Assembly (NCBI GenBank): GCA_016214545.1
Contig: JACROH010000001.1
Coordinates: 32,149 to 96,148, forward strand
DNA length: 64,000 nt
Direction of reading: 5' to 3'
Source: Candidatus Lloydbacteria bacterium
Lineage (GTDB): Bacteria; Patescibacteriota; Minisyncoccia; Phycocordibacterales; 21-14-all-47-15
Within the stretch, counting starts at the first letter, position 1; each line of letters starts with the position of its first letter. The notes beneath the pieces were generated by a model. The model saw only the letters and a program-made list of their open reading frames with translations. It was not told the origin of the DNA and ran no database searches. Below, one piece after another: positions 1 to 8,636 of the stretch. The position numbers and the translations under genes are program-made.

Positions 1-30
1 GAAATGCGAAAACTTTTCGATTCACGGACA

Positions 31-219
31 GGAATCGGTCACAAGTCCGAATTTGTTTGCGAACAAATTCGGCTCGCGACCCCAGCTCGGCTGTTTTTAT
101 TTCTTGCGAAAAATAAAACATGCCTGCGCTTTTCGATTCCCGACGGAAGCCAAGCAGTTGGCTTCCTGCATCTCCACTCAAAAAATAAAAGCCCCTTACG
201 GGGCTAATATTTTTACGAG
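31..219 (-). repeat. tDNA-tail structured element (copy at tmRNA)
   Basis: 132-142 plus 168-179 are the inverted copy of the tmRNA 3' end (217-239), split by a 25-nt hairpin insert. Shares GCCGAGC and TGACCGAnTCC blocks with the tRNA-Ser copy. Confidence 0.75.
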
Positions 220-640
220 TGGAGATGCCGGGAATCGAACCCGGATCCAAATGATTTCCTTGAATGCGTCTACAAAGGTAGATTGCTTTGTTTCGCCTCT
301 GCCTTGCGGCGCGGGCGAATTTGAGCGCGTGTGGTCGGAAGCAAACGAAATCCATACAGGCCGAGCTTCTTTGTTTTTGAAATCGCGGCGAAGCGGGTGC
401 GATCTCTACCCTGATGTATATGACACCCTAAACGCCTATCAGGAGTCCGCGTGTTGGATGGCTCGCGCGATTAATTACGCTCGAGCAAAAGCGAAGCCGT
501 TTATCGCCATAAATGGTGATGCGACTCGCTTGGTAATAGAATTTGCATCTATTGATTGTTCGCGCAGTTTTGCAAGATGAGCGAACGTGCTTGCTTTGCA
601 CATGACAAGGGTCAATCAACTGTCGAAGCCGATCATCCCC
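220..640 (-). ncRNA. ssrA: tmRNA
   Basis: Minus strand starts GGGGATG-ATCGGCTTCGAC and ends GGTTCGATTCCCGGCATCTCC-A, an Ala-type acceptor stem with G3:U70. Internal tag ORF 546..475 reads ANSITKRVASPFMAINGFAFARA*. smpB is nearby. Confidence 0.95.
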
Positions 641-710
641 CTAAAATATTCCACTGCGTGAAATACTATAGGGGAATGCGGAGAAATTAAGTAATTTCTC
701 CGCATGATTT

Positions 711-950
711 TCAACCAAATAATTTCCAATCTAGCGCCGCTTCTATGCGGTCGATTGTATCCGCTAGCTTCCCTGCGAACATGAGCAGGGCGATACAGAC
801 GGCAAGAACGATGGCGCACGGGATGACGATGGCAATTGTCAAAATATAGAGGGGGATAATGCTTATTATTCCGCCCCATTTTACCGCGGGCAACACCCGG
901 TCTTCGTCTTTGTTTGTTGCGTCTATTAAATTTTCGTAGTCGGGCAACAT
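711..950 (-). CDS. small hypothetical membrane protein
   Basis: 79-aa ORF with a long hydrophobic segment. GGAG SD-like sequence upstream. Confidence 0.5.
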   Translation of the reverse strand: MLPDYENLIDATNKDEDRVLPAVKWGGIISIIPLYILTIAIVIPCAIVLAVCIALLMFAGKLADTIDRIEAALDWKLFG

Positions 951-982
951 ATTTTACTCCGTTTTTGGGGGTTGTCGATGAA

Positions 983-1207
983 TTATTTGAGCGCGCCGAT
1001 GATGATAGTCGCTGTGGTATATACTCCCAACTCGCGCACGTTTGTCTCGCGCAACATTTTCAGCAAAATTTCCATCAGTTCGTCGCCTATTATTCTCAAG
1101 CTGTCTGTTTGAGACACGATAGCCTTTTCCAAATCACTATTTACCAAAAGGCTTTCTTTTTTTGCTCTATCCACAAAAGTCGCCACGGTTATCAGTTTGG
1201 TCGTCAT
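983..1207 (-). CDS. hypothetical protein
   Basis: 74-aa ORF preceded by AAAGGAG and a boxA-like ACTTTGAAAA. Confidence 0.55.
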   Translation of the reverse strand: MTTKLITVATFVDRAKKESLLVNSDLEKAIVSQTDSLRIIGDELMEILLKMLRETNVRELGVYTTATIIIGALK

Positions 1208-1248
1208 GGCTTTTCTCCTTTCAATTTTTCAAAGTTCAAGTTTGCCCG

Positions 1249-1371
1249 CTATCTTTTGGTCGTTCCATCTATCGCCGCATCAAGACAAATGCATATGAAA
1301 AGAAAAATTATTATTAGCGGAATGATGCCGTACGTTATGAGGTCTAATAGTGATTCAACAAAGAATTCCAT
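1249..1371 (-). CDS. putative 40-aa single-pass membrane peptide
   Basis: ATG 4 nt after the smpB stop. Translates as MEFFVESLLDLITYGIIPLIIIFLFICICLDAAIDGTTKR. Confidence 0.35.
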   Translation of the reverse strand: MEFFVESLLDLITYGIIPLIIIFLFICICLDAAIDGTTKR

Positions 1372-1375
1372 AATG

Positions 1376-1816
1376 TTAACCTTTCAATGTTCTTGCTATT
1401 TCGCGTTCCGCATCGCGTTTTTTAAGCGCTTCTCGCTTGTCGTATTTCTTTTTTCCGCGCGCGATAGCGATTTGGAGCTTCAATTTTCTGCCTTTACTAT
1501 ACACTGAAATCGGTACGATTGTCAACCCTTTTTGCGCTTCGGCTCCGGCAAGCTCTCCCAATTCTTTTTTGGTGAGGAGGAGCTGGCGTGTGCGGTCGGG
1601 GTCGTAGTCTTTCGGCGTGTTGTTCGGCTGATAGGGAGGGATGTGCATGCCGACGATATACGCTTCGCCGCCGCGAACGATGACATGCGCGCCCAAAAGA
1701 GACCCTTGATTTTTTTTCAGGGATTTGACTTCTTGTCCGAGAAGGGCGATGCCCGCCTCAAACGTTTCCGTGAGCTCGTAATTAAAATGAGCTTTTTTAT
1801 TGATAATCAGCGCCAT
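1376..1816 (-). CDS. smpB: SsrA-binding protein SmpB
   Basis: NKKAHFNY, EAGIAL.G.EVKSL, R.LLL.KKE and ARGKKKYDKRE motifs. Confidence 0.97.
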   Translation of the reverse strand: MALIINKKAHFNYELTETFEAGIALLGQEVKSLKKNQGSLLGAHVIVRGGEAYIVGMHIPPYQPNNTPKDYDPDRTRQLLLTKKELGELAGAEAQKGLTIVPISVYSKGRKLKLQIAIARGKKKYDKREALKKRDAEREIARTLKG

Positions 1817-1892
1817 GGTATTTTATATTGTAGCAGAAAAACTGGCTTTTGCCTGTTTCATTTCAGCATGGTATAATCATTTCACTTTTTAT

Positions 1893-3821
1893 ATGGACCT
1901 CTTTTCAAAACAAAAAAACAAAAAAATGGTCAAAAAAGAAAAGGAACCGGTATCCGGCTGGCCGTTTTTGAGCAATCTTTTGAGTACGCTTATCTTTTTT
2001 GCGCTCCTTATCGCGCTCTATTCCTTTATGGTGGGGGAGAAGCAAAAAACGCCTGAGATTTCTATTTCAGAACTCGCGCAGTCGATCATTGGCGGAAATG
2101 TTACTGGCATCGTCGTTGAAGAAGAAAAATTGACGGCAACGTTTAAAGACGGCGTTCAAAAAATTTCACGCAAGGAAACGGAAAGCTCTCTTTCCGAAAC
2201 GCTCACCAATTACGGTGTTACCCCGCAAGAGATGCATGCGGTGGCAATTGAGGTGAAAAGCCCGAGCGGCTTAGGCTTCTTTCTTTTGAACGCGCTTCCG
2301 ATTGTTCTCCCGCTCGTTTTCGTGCTCTTATTTTTTTGGATGATATCGCGGCAGGTAAAAGGCGCCGGCATGCAGGCGTTTACCTTCGGGCAATCGAAAG
2401 CGCGTATCATTGACCCGGCCGACAAGAGCCAACGGGTTACCTTTAAAGATGTCGCTGGCGCGAAAGAGGCAAAAGAAGAGTTGGTGGAGATTGTGGACTT
2501 TCTGAAAAATCCGAAAAAGTTTTTGGATATCGGCGCGCGGATTCCCAAAGGGGTGCTTTTGATGGGAGCGCCTGGCACGGGTAAAACGCTCTTGGCGCGC
2601 GCGGTGGCGGGGGAGGCGGGCGTGCCTTTCTTTTCGATCTCCGGCTCCGAATTTGTCGAGATGTTTGTGGGGGTCGGCGCTTCCCGCGTGCGCGATCTCT
2701 TTGCTCTCGCCAAAAAAGCGGCGCCGTCAATTATTTTCATCGATGAAATTGATGCGGTGGGGAGGTCGCGCGGTGTTGGCTTGGGCGGAGGCAACGACGA
2801 GCGCGAGCAGACGCTCAATCAGATTTTGGTTGAAATGGACGGATTTGAGCCGGCCGAAAAAGTGATTGTCATGGCGGCGACCAACCGTCCCGATGTGCTC
2901 GACCCTGCGCTCTTGCGGCCCGGACGATTTGACCGGCGCGTAGTGATTGACATTCCCGACATTCACGACCGCGAAGAGATTTTGAAAATTCACGCAAACA
3001 AAAAACCGTTTGGAGAAGATGTTAATTTGCGGATTATCGCCGAACGTACGCCCGGATTTTCGGGGGCCGACCTCTATTCGCTCATGAACGAGGGCGCTAT
3101 TTTGGCTGCGCGCGAAAACCGGAAAAAAATAAGTCAGTTCGATCTCATCCGCTCCATAGAAAAGGTGATGTTGGGGCCGGAGCGCAAGAGTCACCTCCTT
3201 TCAAAGAAAGAAAAAGAAATCACCGCCTATCATGAAGCGGGGCACGCGCTCGTGGCGTCGGTGCTTCCGTATGCCGACCCGGTGCACAAAATCACCATTA
3301 TTTCCCGCGGGCGCGCGGCGGGCTACACGCTCAAACTTCCGTTTGAAGACAAAAAAATGCAGAGCAAAAAAGAATTTCTCGACGACATTGCGGTATCGCT
3401 CGGCGGGTATGCCGCGGAACGCATGATTTTCCTAGACCTCACGACCGGCCCGTCAAATGATTTGCAGGTGTCCACCGCACTTGCGCGCGATATGGTGACC
3501 AAATACGGCATGTCGGAAAAAATGGGACCGGTGGCGCTTGAAGAGCCGGGCGGCAAGGCGCTCTTCGGTAAAGGTTTGGGCGAGCACGACTACTCGGAAA
3601 GAGTGTCTGCGGAAATTGATGCGGAAGTATCGCGCATTATGAATGAGGCGCTTTCAAAAGCGGAAGACATTCTAAGCGGACATCGGAAAGCCCTCGACGC
3701 GATTGCAAAAGAGCTTGTCACGGTTGAAACCATCGAGCACGAAGCGTTTGAAAAAATATTAATCACGCACGGTATTACTCCCAAAAAGCGTGAAATACTG
3801 CCGGGCATTATCGCGGCCTGA
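1893..3821 (+). CDS. ftsH: ATP-dependent zinc metalloprotease FtsH
   Basis: Two TM helices, Walker [40 protein letters not shown] and HEAGH. Start placed after the TGGTATAAT promoter. Confidence 0.97.
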   Translation: MDLFSKQKNKKMVKKEKEPVSGWPFLSNLLSTLIFFALLIALYSFMVGEKQKTPEISISELAQSIIGGNVTGIVVEEEKLTATFKDGVQKISRKETESSLSETLTNYGVTPQEMHAVAIEVKSPSGLGFFLLNALPIVLPLVFVLLFFWMISRQVKGAGMQAFTFGQSKARIIDPADKSQRVTFKDVAGAKEAKEELVEIVDFLKNPKKFLDIGARIPKGVLLMGAPGTGKTLLARAVAGEAGVPFFSISGSEFVEMFVGVGASRVRDLFALAKKAAPSIIFIDEIDAVGRSRGVGLGGGNDEREQTLNQILVEMDGFEPAEKVIVMAATNRPDVLDPALLRPGRFDRRVVIDIPDIHDREEILKIHANKKPFGEDVNLRIIAERTPGFSGADLYSLMNEGAILAARENRKKISQFDLIRSIEKVMLGPERKSHLLSKKEKEITAYHEAGHALVASVLPYADPVHKITIISRGRAAGYTLKLPFEDKKMQSKKEFLDDIAVSLGGYAAERMIFLDLTTGPSNDLQVSTALARDMVTKYGMSEKMGPVALEEPGGKALFGKGLGEHDYSERVSAEIDAEVSRIMNEALSKAEDILSGHRKALDAIAKELVTVETIEHEAFEKILITHGITPKKREILPGIIAA

Positions 3822-3887
3822 CAGGGCGGGCTCTCTCTGTCTCTCTAATTTTCGAAAAAACATAGAGAAGAGTATACTGAATATACT

Positions 3888-5456
3888 ATGGATTCTTTGC
3901 GGCTCATTTTTAAAAATAAAATTATTCTTTTTTCTGTCGCGGCGGTTATCGGGCTCGTGTCTTTTTTGGTGTGGGGCGGAAAGGTGAAGCCTCAATATGA
4001 ATTTACGACGGTTTCAAAAACCGATATTAAACAGGAAGTGAGCGCTACCGGTAAGGTGATTCCCGCGAGAAGCGTCCTTCTCTCTTTTGATATTGCCGGA
4101 AAAGTGGCGGGAGTTTATAAATCCGTTGGCGATGCCGTGCGCGCGGGAGATTTCTTAGTGACTCTTGATAATGCCGACGTAGAAGCTCAAGTGCGCCAAA
4201 AGAAAGCGCTTCTTGATGCGGCGAATGCGTCTCTCGACGACCTGCTTCGCGGCACTAGAGCCGAAGAAATCCAAGTTGAAGAGCTCAAGGTGAAAAGCGC
4301 CGGTGCCGCGATACAGGAAGCACGGCTTTCGGCGATAGATACCCTTCGCGATTCTTATGCAAAGGCGGATGATGCCATACGTAACAAGGTTGACCAATTC
4401 ATGAGTAACCCGAGAAGCGATTCTCCGAAACTCAATTTTACCGTCGAGACATCGCTTGCCAATCAAATTGCCACCAAACGTTCTCTTGTCGAACAGAAGC
4501 TCGTCTTATGGAGCACCTCGCTCGGCGTTCTTTCGGATGCCTCCGATTTCAGTCAGTTCTTTACTCAAGCGAAAGAGGTTTTAGTTTCAGTAAATCAATT
4601 TTTTGATGTTGTCGCGTATGCGGTCAACGGATTGAAGGCAAATGCATCGCTCTCACAGACGACCATCGACGGTTGGCGAAGCGACGTATCGATCGGACGA
4701 ACGAATGTAAATACGGCGCTCTCGAATATTTCTTCTGCGGAAGAGAAATTAAACAAAGCAATCCGCGATCTCGATTTGGCAAAACAGGAGCTCGCGGTGA
4801 AACAAGCGCCGGCGACGGAGGAAAATATTGCAATCCAAAAAGCAAAAATCAGAGAGGCGCAAGCCGTGCTTGATTCAACAGAAGCGGCCCTCGCAAAAAC
4901 GATTTTGAGGTCGCCTATCAGCGGCGTAGTGACCAAGCAGGAGGCAAAAACGGGAGAGAGTGTCTCGGCGCATGAAACGGTCGCGTCGGTGGTGTCGGCG
5001 GGAGATTTTGAAATTGAAGTATTTATTCCAGAAGCGGACGTGGCGAAAGTATCTATTGGCAATACCGCGCGGGTAACGCTCGACGCGTACGGGAAAGACG
5101 CGGTGTTTCTTGCGCACGTTACGGCGGTTGACCCCGCTGAAACGGAAATAGAAGGTGTTTCGACCTACAAAACAACGCTTCATTTTGATGCTCGTGATGA
5201 ACGAATAAAATCCGGCATGACGGCAAACATTGATATTCTTTCGGCATCGGCAGAGGGGGTGCTCGCGGTGCCGGAACGCGCCGTCCTTTCAAATGACGAG
5301 GGAACGTCGTTTGTTCGCGTTGTCGATTCAAAAGCGGCTCTCGGTTTTCGCGAGGTGCCGGTAAAAACGGGGCTGCGCGGCTCTGACGGCAATATGGTGA
5401 TTGAAAGCGGTCTTTCAGAAGGGGAAAAAGTTATCATTTTTTTGAACGGAAACTAA
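3888..5456 (+). CDS. efflux membrane-fusion (MacA/HlyD-like) protein
   Basis: N-terminal TM, lipoyl-like halves (AGKV...VGDAVRAG; LRSPISGVV), a long coiled coil and a C-terminal GL.EGEKV. Confidence 0.9.
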   Translation: MDSLRLIFKNKIILFSVAAVIGLVSFLVWGGKVKPQYEFTTVSKTDIKQEVSATGKVIPARSVLLSFDIAGKVAGVYKSVGDAVRAGDFLVTLDNADVEAQVRQKKALLDAANASLDDLLRGTRAEEIQVEELKVKSAGAAIQEARLSAIDTLRDSYAKADDAIRNKVDQFMSNPRSDSPKLNFTVETSLANQIATKRSLVEQKLVLWSTSLGVLSDASDFSQFFTQAKEVLVSVNQFFDVVAYAVNGLKANASLSQTTIDGWRSDVSIGRTNVNTALSNISSAEEKLNKAIRDLDLAKQELAVKQAPATEENIAIQKAKIREAQAVLDSTEAALAKTILRSPISGVVTKQEAKTGESVSAHETVASVVSAGDFEIEVFIPEADVAKVSIGNTARVTLDAYGKDAVFLAHVTAVDPAETEIEGVSTYKTTLHFDARDERIKSGMTANIDILSASAEGVLAVPERAVLSNDEGTSFVRVVDSKAALGFREVPVKTGLRGSDGNMVIESGLSEGEKVIIFLNGN

Positions 5457-5517
5457 CGCGTGGCTCTGTGATGTTCCGCTCATAACGCAGTTTCGTAATT
5501 CAAAGTACGGCACTATT

Positions 5518-6237
5518 ATGGCGCTTATTGAAGTAAAAAATTTGGAAAAAACGTATGCCGATGAGGATATCAAAACCCAGGCGCTTCGCGGGGTTTCTTT
5601 TTCGATTGAGTCGGGTGAATTCGTGGCGATTATGGGGCCTTCCGGTTCCGGCAAATCAACGCTCTTGCACGTGCTCGGCTTTTTGGATCGCGAAACATCG
5701 GGAACATACCATTTCAACGGACGGTCCAATGCCGATTTTTCCCCCGAAGAACTGGCGCTTTTGCGCAATCAAAAATTAGGGTTCGTGTTTCAGTCGTTTA
5801 ACCTTCTTTCGCGCACAAGTGTGTTTGATAACGTGCGTTTGCCGCTCATGTATTCGGAAGTACCCGAAGCGGAATGGGATGAGCGCACCGAAGAGGCGAT
5901 TGTGTCGGTGGGGCTTTGGCACCGGCGCGACCATGAGCCGTCGAAGCTTTCCGGCGGCGAGAAACAGCGCGCGGCGATTGCGCGCGCGCTCATTATGCGT
6001 CCGCAAGTTATTTTTGCCGATGAGCCGACGGGAAATCTCGATTCCGTATCGGGCAAACAGGTGATGAAAATTTTGCAGGAATTGAATGAAAAGAGCGGTC
6101 ACACGATTATCCTGATTACGCACGAAACCTACACCGCCGAGCACGCCGGAAGAATCATTCGTCTGCTTGATGGAAAAATTGACAGCGACGAGCTTGTGAC
6201 AAAACGCCGCACCGCGGTAGAAGATTTTATAAAATAA
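5518..6237 (+). CDS. ABC transporter ATPase (MacB/LolD type)
   Basis: [17 protein letters not shown] and [10 protein letters not shown] motifs. Confidence 0.95.
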   Translation: MALIEVKNLEKTYADEDIKTQALRGVSFSIESGEFVAIMGPSGSGKSTLLHVLGFLDRETSGTYHFNGRSNADFSPEELALLRNQKLGFVFQSFNLLSRTSVFDNVRLPLMYSEVPEAEWDERTEEAIVSVGLWHRRDHEPSKLSGGEKQRAAIARALIMRPQVIFADEPTGNLDSVSGKQVMKILQELNEKSGHTIILITHETYTAEHAGRIIRLLDGKIDSDELVTKRRTAVEDFIK

Positions 6238-6239
6238 GT

Positions 6240-7478
6240 ATGACTTTTCCGCACCTTCTCAAAACAGCCGCCCTGGGGCTCAAGACGAACAAAATGCGTT
6301 CGGTGCTCACCATGCTCGGCATTGTCATCGGCATTACGGCGATTATCATCGTAATGTCTTTGGGCAAGGGGGCCGAACAGCTTATCGTGAGCCAGGTGCA
6401 AGGGCTCGGCTCAAAAACCATCATTGTCATACCGGGCAGGGAACCGAAAGGTCCCGCGGATGCGGCGCAGATTTTTTCCGATTCACTGAAAGAGCGCGAC
6501 CTGGAACTTTTGCAGAAGAAAGCAAATGTGCCGACGCTTGCACGCATCATGCCCATTTTATTCGGCGGCGAAACGGGAGCCTACGGAAGCGAGACCTATC
6601 GCCTCACCATTTTCGGCGCCTCCCCGCTCATCAGCGATATTTTCGACCTGTTCCCCAAGGAAGGAAATTTTTTTAACAGTGACGATGTGAAGGGTCAGCG
6701 TGATGTGGTGGTCATCGGGTCAAAGGTAAAAAGCGAATTGTTCGGCGATGCGCCGGCTCTGGGAGAAAAAATCAAAATCAAGGGGAAAAATTTTCGGGTT
6801 ATCGGCATATTACCAAAAAAAGGGCAGGTGTCATTTTTTAATTTTGATGAGGCCGCCGTGGTCCCGTATACGACGGCAGGGCAGTATATTTTCGGTATCA
6901 AATATTTCCATCGGTTTATTATCGAAGCGGCTAGCGACGAATCAATCGAGCGTACGGTTCGCGACGTGCAAACAACACTCCGCAATTCGCACGGCATTAC
7001 CGATCCTGACAAGGACGACTTTTTTGTCGAAACGCAGGCCGACCTTGCTAATCGTTTGGGGGTTATCACGAGCACGCTTACTCTTTTTTTGACCGCCATG
7101 GCGGCGATATCGCTCATTGTCGGCGGCATCGGCATCATGAACATCATGCTTGTCTCGGTGACGGAGCGGACACGTGAGATAGGGTTGCGCAAGGCGATCG
7201 GCGCGCGTGAAAAAGATATTTTGTCTCAATTTTTACTTGAGGCGACGATACTCACCCTCATGGGAGGAGCGGTGGGAATCGTGCTCGGCACCGCTATTTC
7301 ATTCGGTATTTCGGTTGTGCTCACGCAAATCGCCGGTCTCAATTGGCAATTCAGTTTTCAATTTTTCGCGATGTTTTTGGGGCTCGGGGTTGCCGCGCTC
7401 GTGGGCATCGTTTTCGGCTATTATCCGGCGCGTACTGCCGCGCGTAAAAGTCCGATCGAAGCGTTGCGGTATGAATAA
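6240..7478 (+). CDS. ABC transporter permease (MacB/FtsX family)
   Basis: RSVLTMLGIVIG, GGIGIMNIMLVSVTERTREIGLRKAIGA and PIEALRYE motifs. Confidence 0.95.
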   Translation: MTFPHLLKTAALGLKTNKMRSVLTMLGIVIGITAIIIVMSLGKGAEQLIVSQVQGLGSKTIIVIPGREPKGPADAAQIFSDSLKERDLELLQKKANVPTLARIMPILFGGETGAYGSETYRLTIFGASPLISDIFDLFPKEGNFFNSDDVKGQRDVVVIGSKVKSELFGDAPALGEKIKIKGKNFRVIGILPKKGQVSFFNFDEAAVVPYTTAGQYIFGIKYFHRFIIEAASDESIERTVRDVQTTLRNSHGITDPDKDDFFVETQADLANRLGVITSTLTLFLTAMAAISLIVGGIGIMNIMLVSVTERTREIGLRKAIGAREKDILSQFLLEATILTLMGGAVGIVLGTAISFGISVVLTQIAGLNWQFSFQFFAMFLGLGVAALVGIVFGYYPARTAARKSPIEALRYE

Positions 7479-7483
7479 AATAA

Positions 7484-7640
7484 TCCGCTCTCCAGGATTC
7501 TTTCTTTACAAGAACAGTAGAGTTTTCGTATCGTGCTCGTCCGCTTGCGAGCGGACTCTGCGCGATATACTCAAACAGTTCGAATCCTGGGCGCAAGACA
7601 AGCCGTTGTCTTGCTAGAGCGTCCAATCACTTCGTTCTTG
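7484..7640 (-). repeat. tDNA-tail structured element (copy at tRNA-Ile)
   Basis: 17-bp direct repeat, 7484-7500 = 7641-7657. Inverted copy at 7578-7621 is split by the hairpin GCAAGACAA-GCCG-TTGTCTTGC. Confidence 0.8.
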
Positions 7641-7713
7641 TCCGCTCTCCAGGATTCGAACCTGGGACCACTCGTGTATAAGACGAGCGCTCTACCAACT
7701 GAGCTAAGAGCGG
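7641..7713 (-). tRNA. tRNA-Ile (anticodon UAU)
   Basis: Cloverleaf CCGCTCT-TA-GCTC-AGTTGGTA-GAGC-G-CTCGT-CT TAT AC-ACGAG-TGGTC-CCAGG-TTCGAAT-CCTGG-AGAGCGG-A. CCA is not encoded. Confidence 0.93.
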
Positions 7714-7848
7714 TTTTTGTTCTGTGTACTTCAAATACTAACCCATGGTCTACGGTAGGGCAAGTGGAGTATTTGACAAAAATATAATTTTACGCTTTAA
7801 TTCAAACTAGAATTTTTTGAAAATCAATCTTACACCGAGGAGGTAAAA

Positions 7849-8592
7849 GTGATTGAAAATAATACATTGCCCACAATTAAAGATAAGGTATTGTCGGTAT
7901 GCGTTTGGTTGCTGTGTGTGGCGGTAATTGGCTATAGCTACTGGCTGTGCTTTTTGTTTCGGAATCCGACAGAGATCTCTTCGGCCATGTTCGCGCTGAT
8001 TTTCTGTTTTGCGGCAATTCTTTTTGTTTACCGCTCCTCTAAAGACCCGGCAGAAATTCTTTTTGTCCTGGCGATGGTGGCGCTATTAACTTTTGTGGTG
8101 GCGCCCTATGGCGATAGTTTCTTGGTTGTCGTCCCCGAGAAAGGCGGCGTGAGCGAAGCTCGCGTTATAAAAAAGATGGGAATCATTACTCACCCCTTCA
8201 GCGATAAATTTATAGCGATTCATTCGAAGTACGCGGTTGAGGTAGACGTCGCTATCAATACCGATGACGGAAAAAAATTCATTGCGCATGGCCACAAAAA
8301 AGAATTCCGCGTGATTGACCCGATTGCCGTCTATCATCGGATTGGGGCGACTGACGAAGCGATAGAAGGACATTTGCGTGACGGAATAAAGCGCTGTTTC
8401 CATTCGGAAATGAGCGCAAAGCAGTTCTCCGACGGGCTCGTCAAAAAAACGCGGGAATCGTTCTCTATCTCATCGCGTCCGTGCGAGCTCGGGCTTAAAT
8501 ATTATGGGTTTGAACCGATTGGAGGCAATCAAATTTCTTTTGCCGATTTCCGGATGGCGGATGTCTTTCCGATTCGATTTGAGATTCAGTAG
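7849..8592 (+). CDS. hypothetical membrane protein, possibly divergent SPFH/band-7-like
   Basis: GGAGG SD with GTG start. Three TM segments, then T.DG...F.V.DP weakly resembling SPFH. Ends at a terminator. Confidence 0.7.
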   Translation: MIENNTLPTIKDKVLSVCVWLLCVAVIGYSYWLCFLFRNPTEISSAMFALIFCFAAILFVYRSSKDPAEILFVLAMVALLTFVVAPYGDSFLVVVPEKGGVSEARVIKKMGIITHPFSDKFIAIHSKYAVEVDVAINTDDGKKFIAHGHKKEFRVIDPIAVYHRIGATDEAIEGHLRDGIKRCFHSEMSAKQFSDGLVKKTRESFSISSRPCELGLKYYGFEPIGGNQISFADFRMADVFPIRFEIQ

Positions 8593-8605
8593 TTCTTTTT
8601 TCACG

Positions 8606-8635
8606 GCGCACTGCAGAAATGCGGTGCGCTTTTTT
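8606..8635. terminator. intrinsic terminator between convergent genes
   Basis: GCGCACTGCA-GAAA-TGCGGTGCGC followed by a T-run. Confidence 0.75.
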
Positions 8636-8636
8636 G

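Noticed and set aside
53..580. 175-aa plus-strand ORF
   Set aside because: It is antisense to the tmRNA and its trailer element and has no recognisable motifs.
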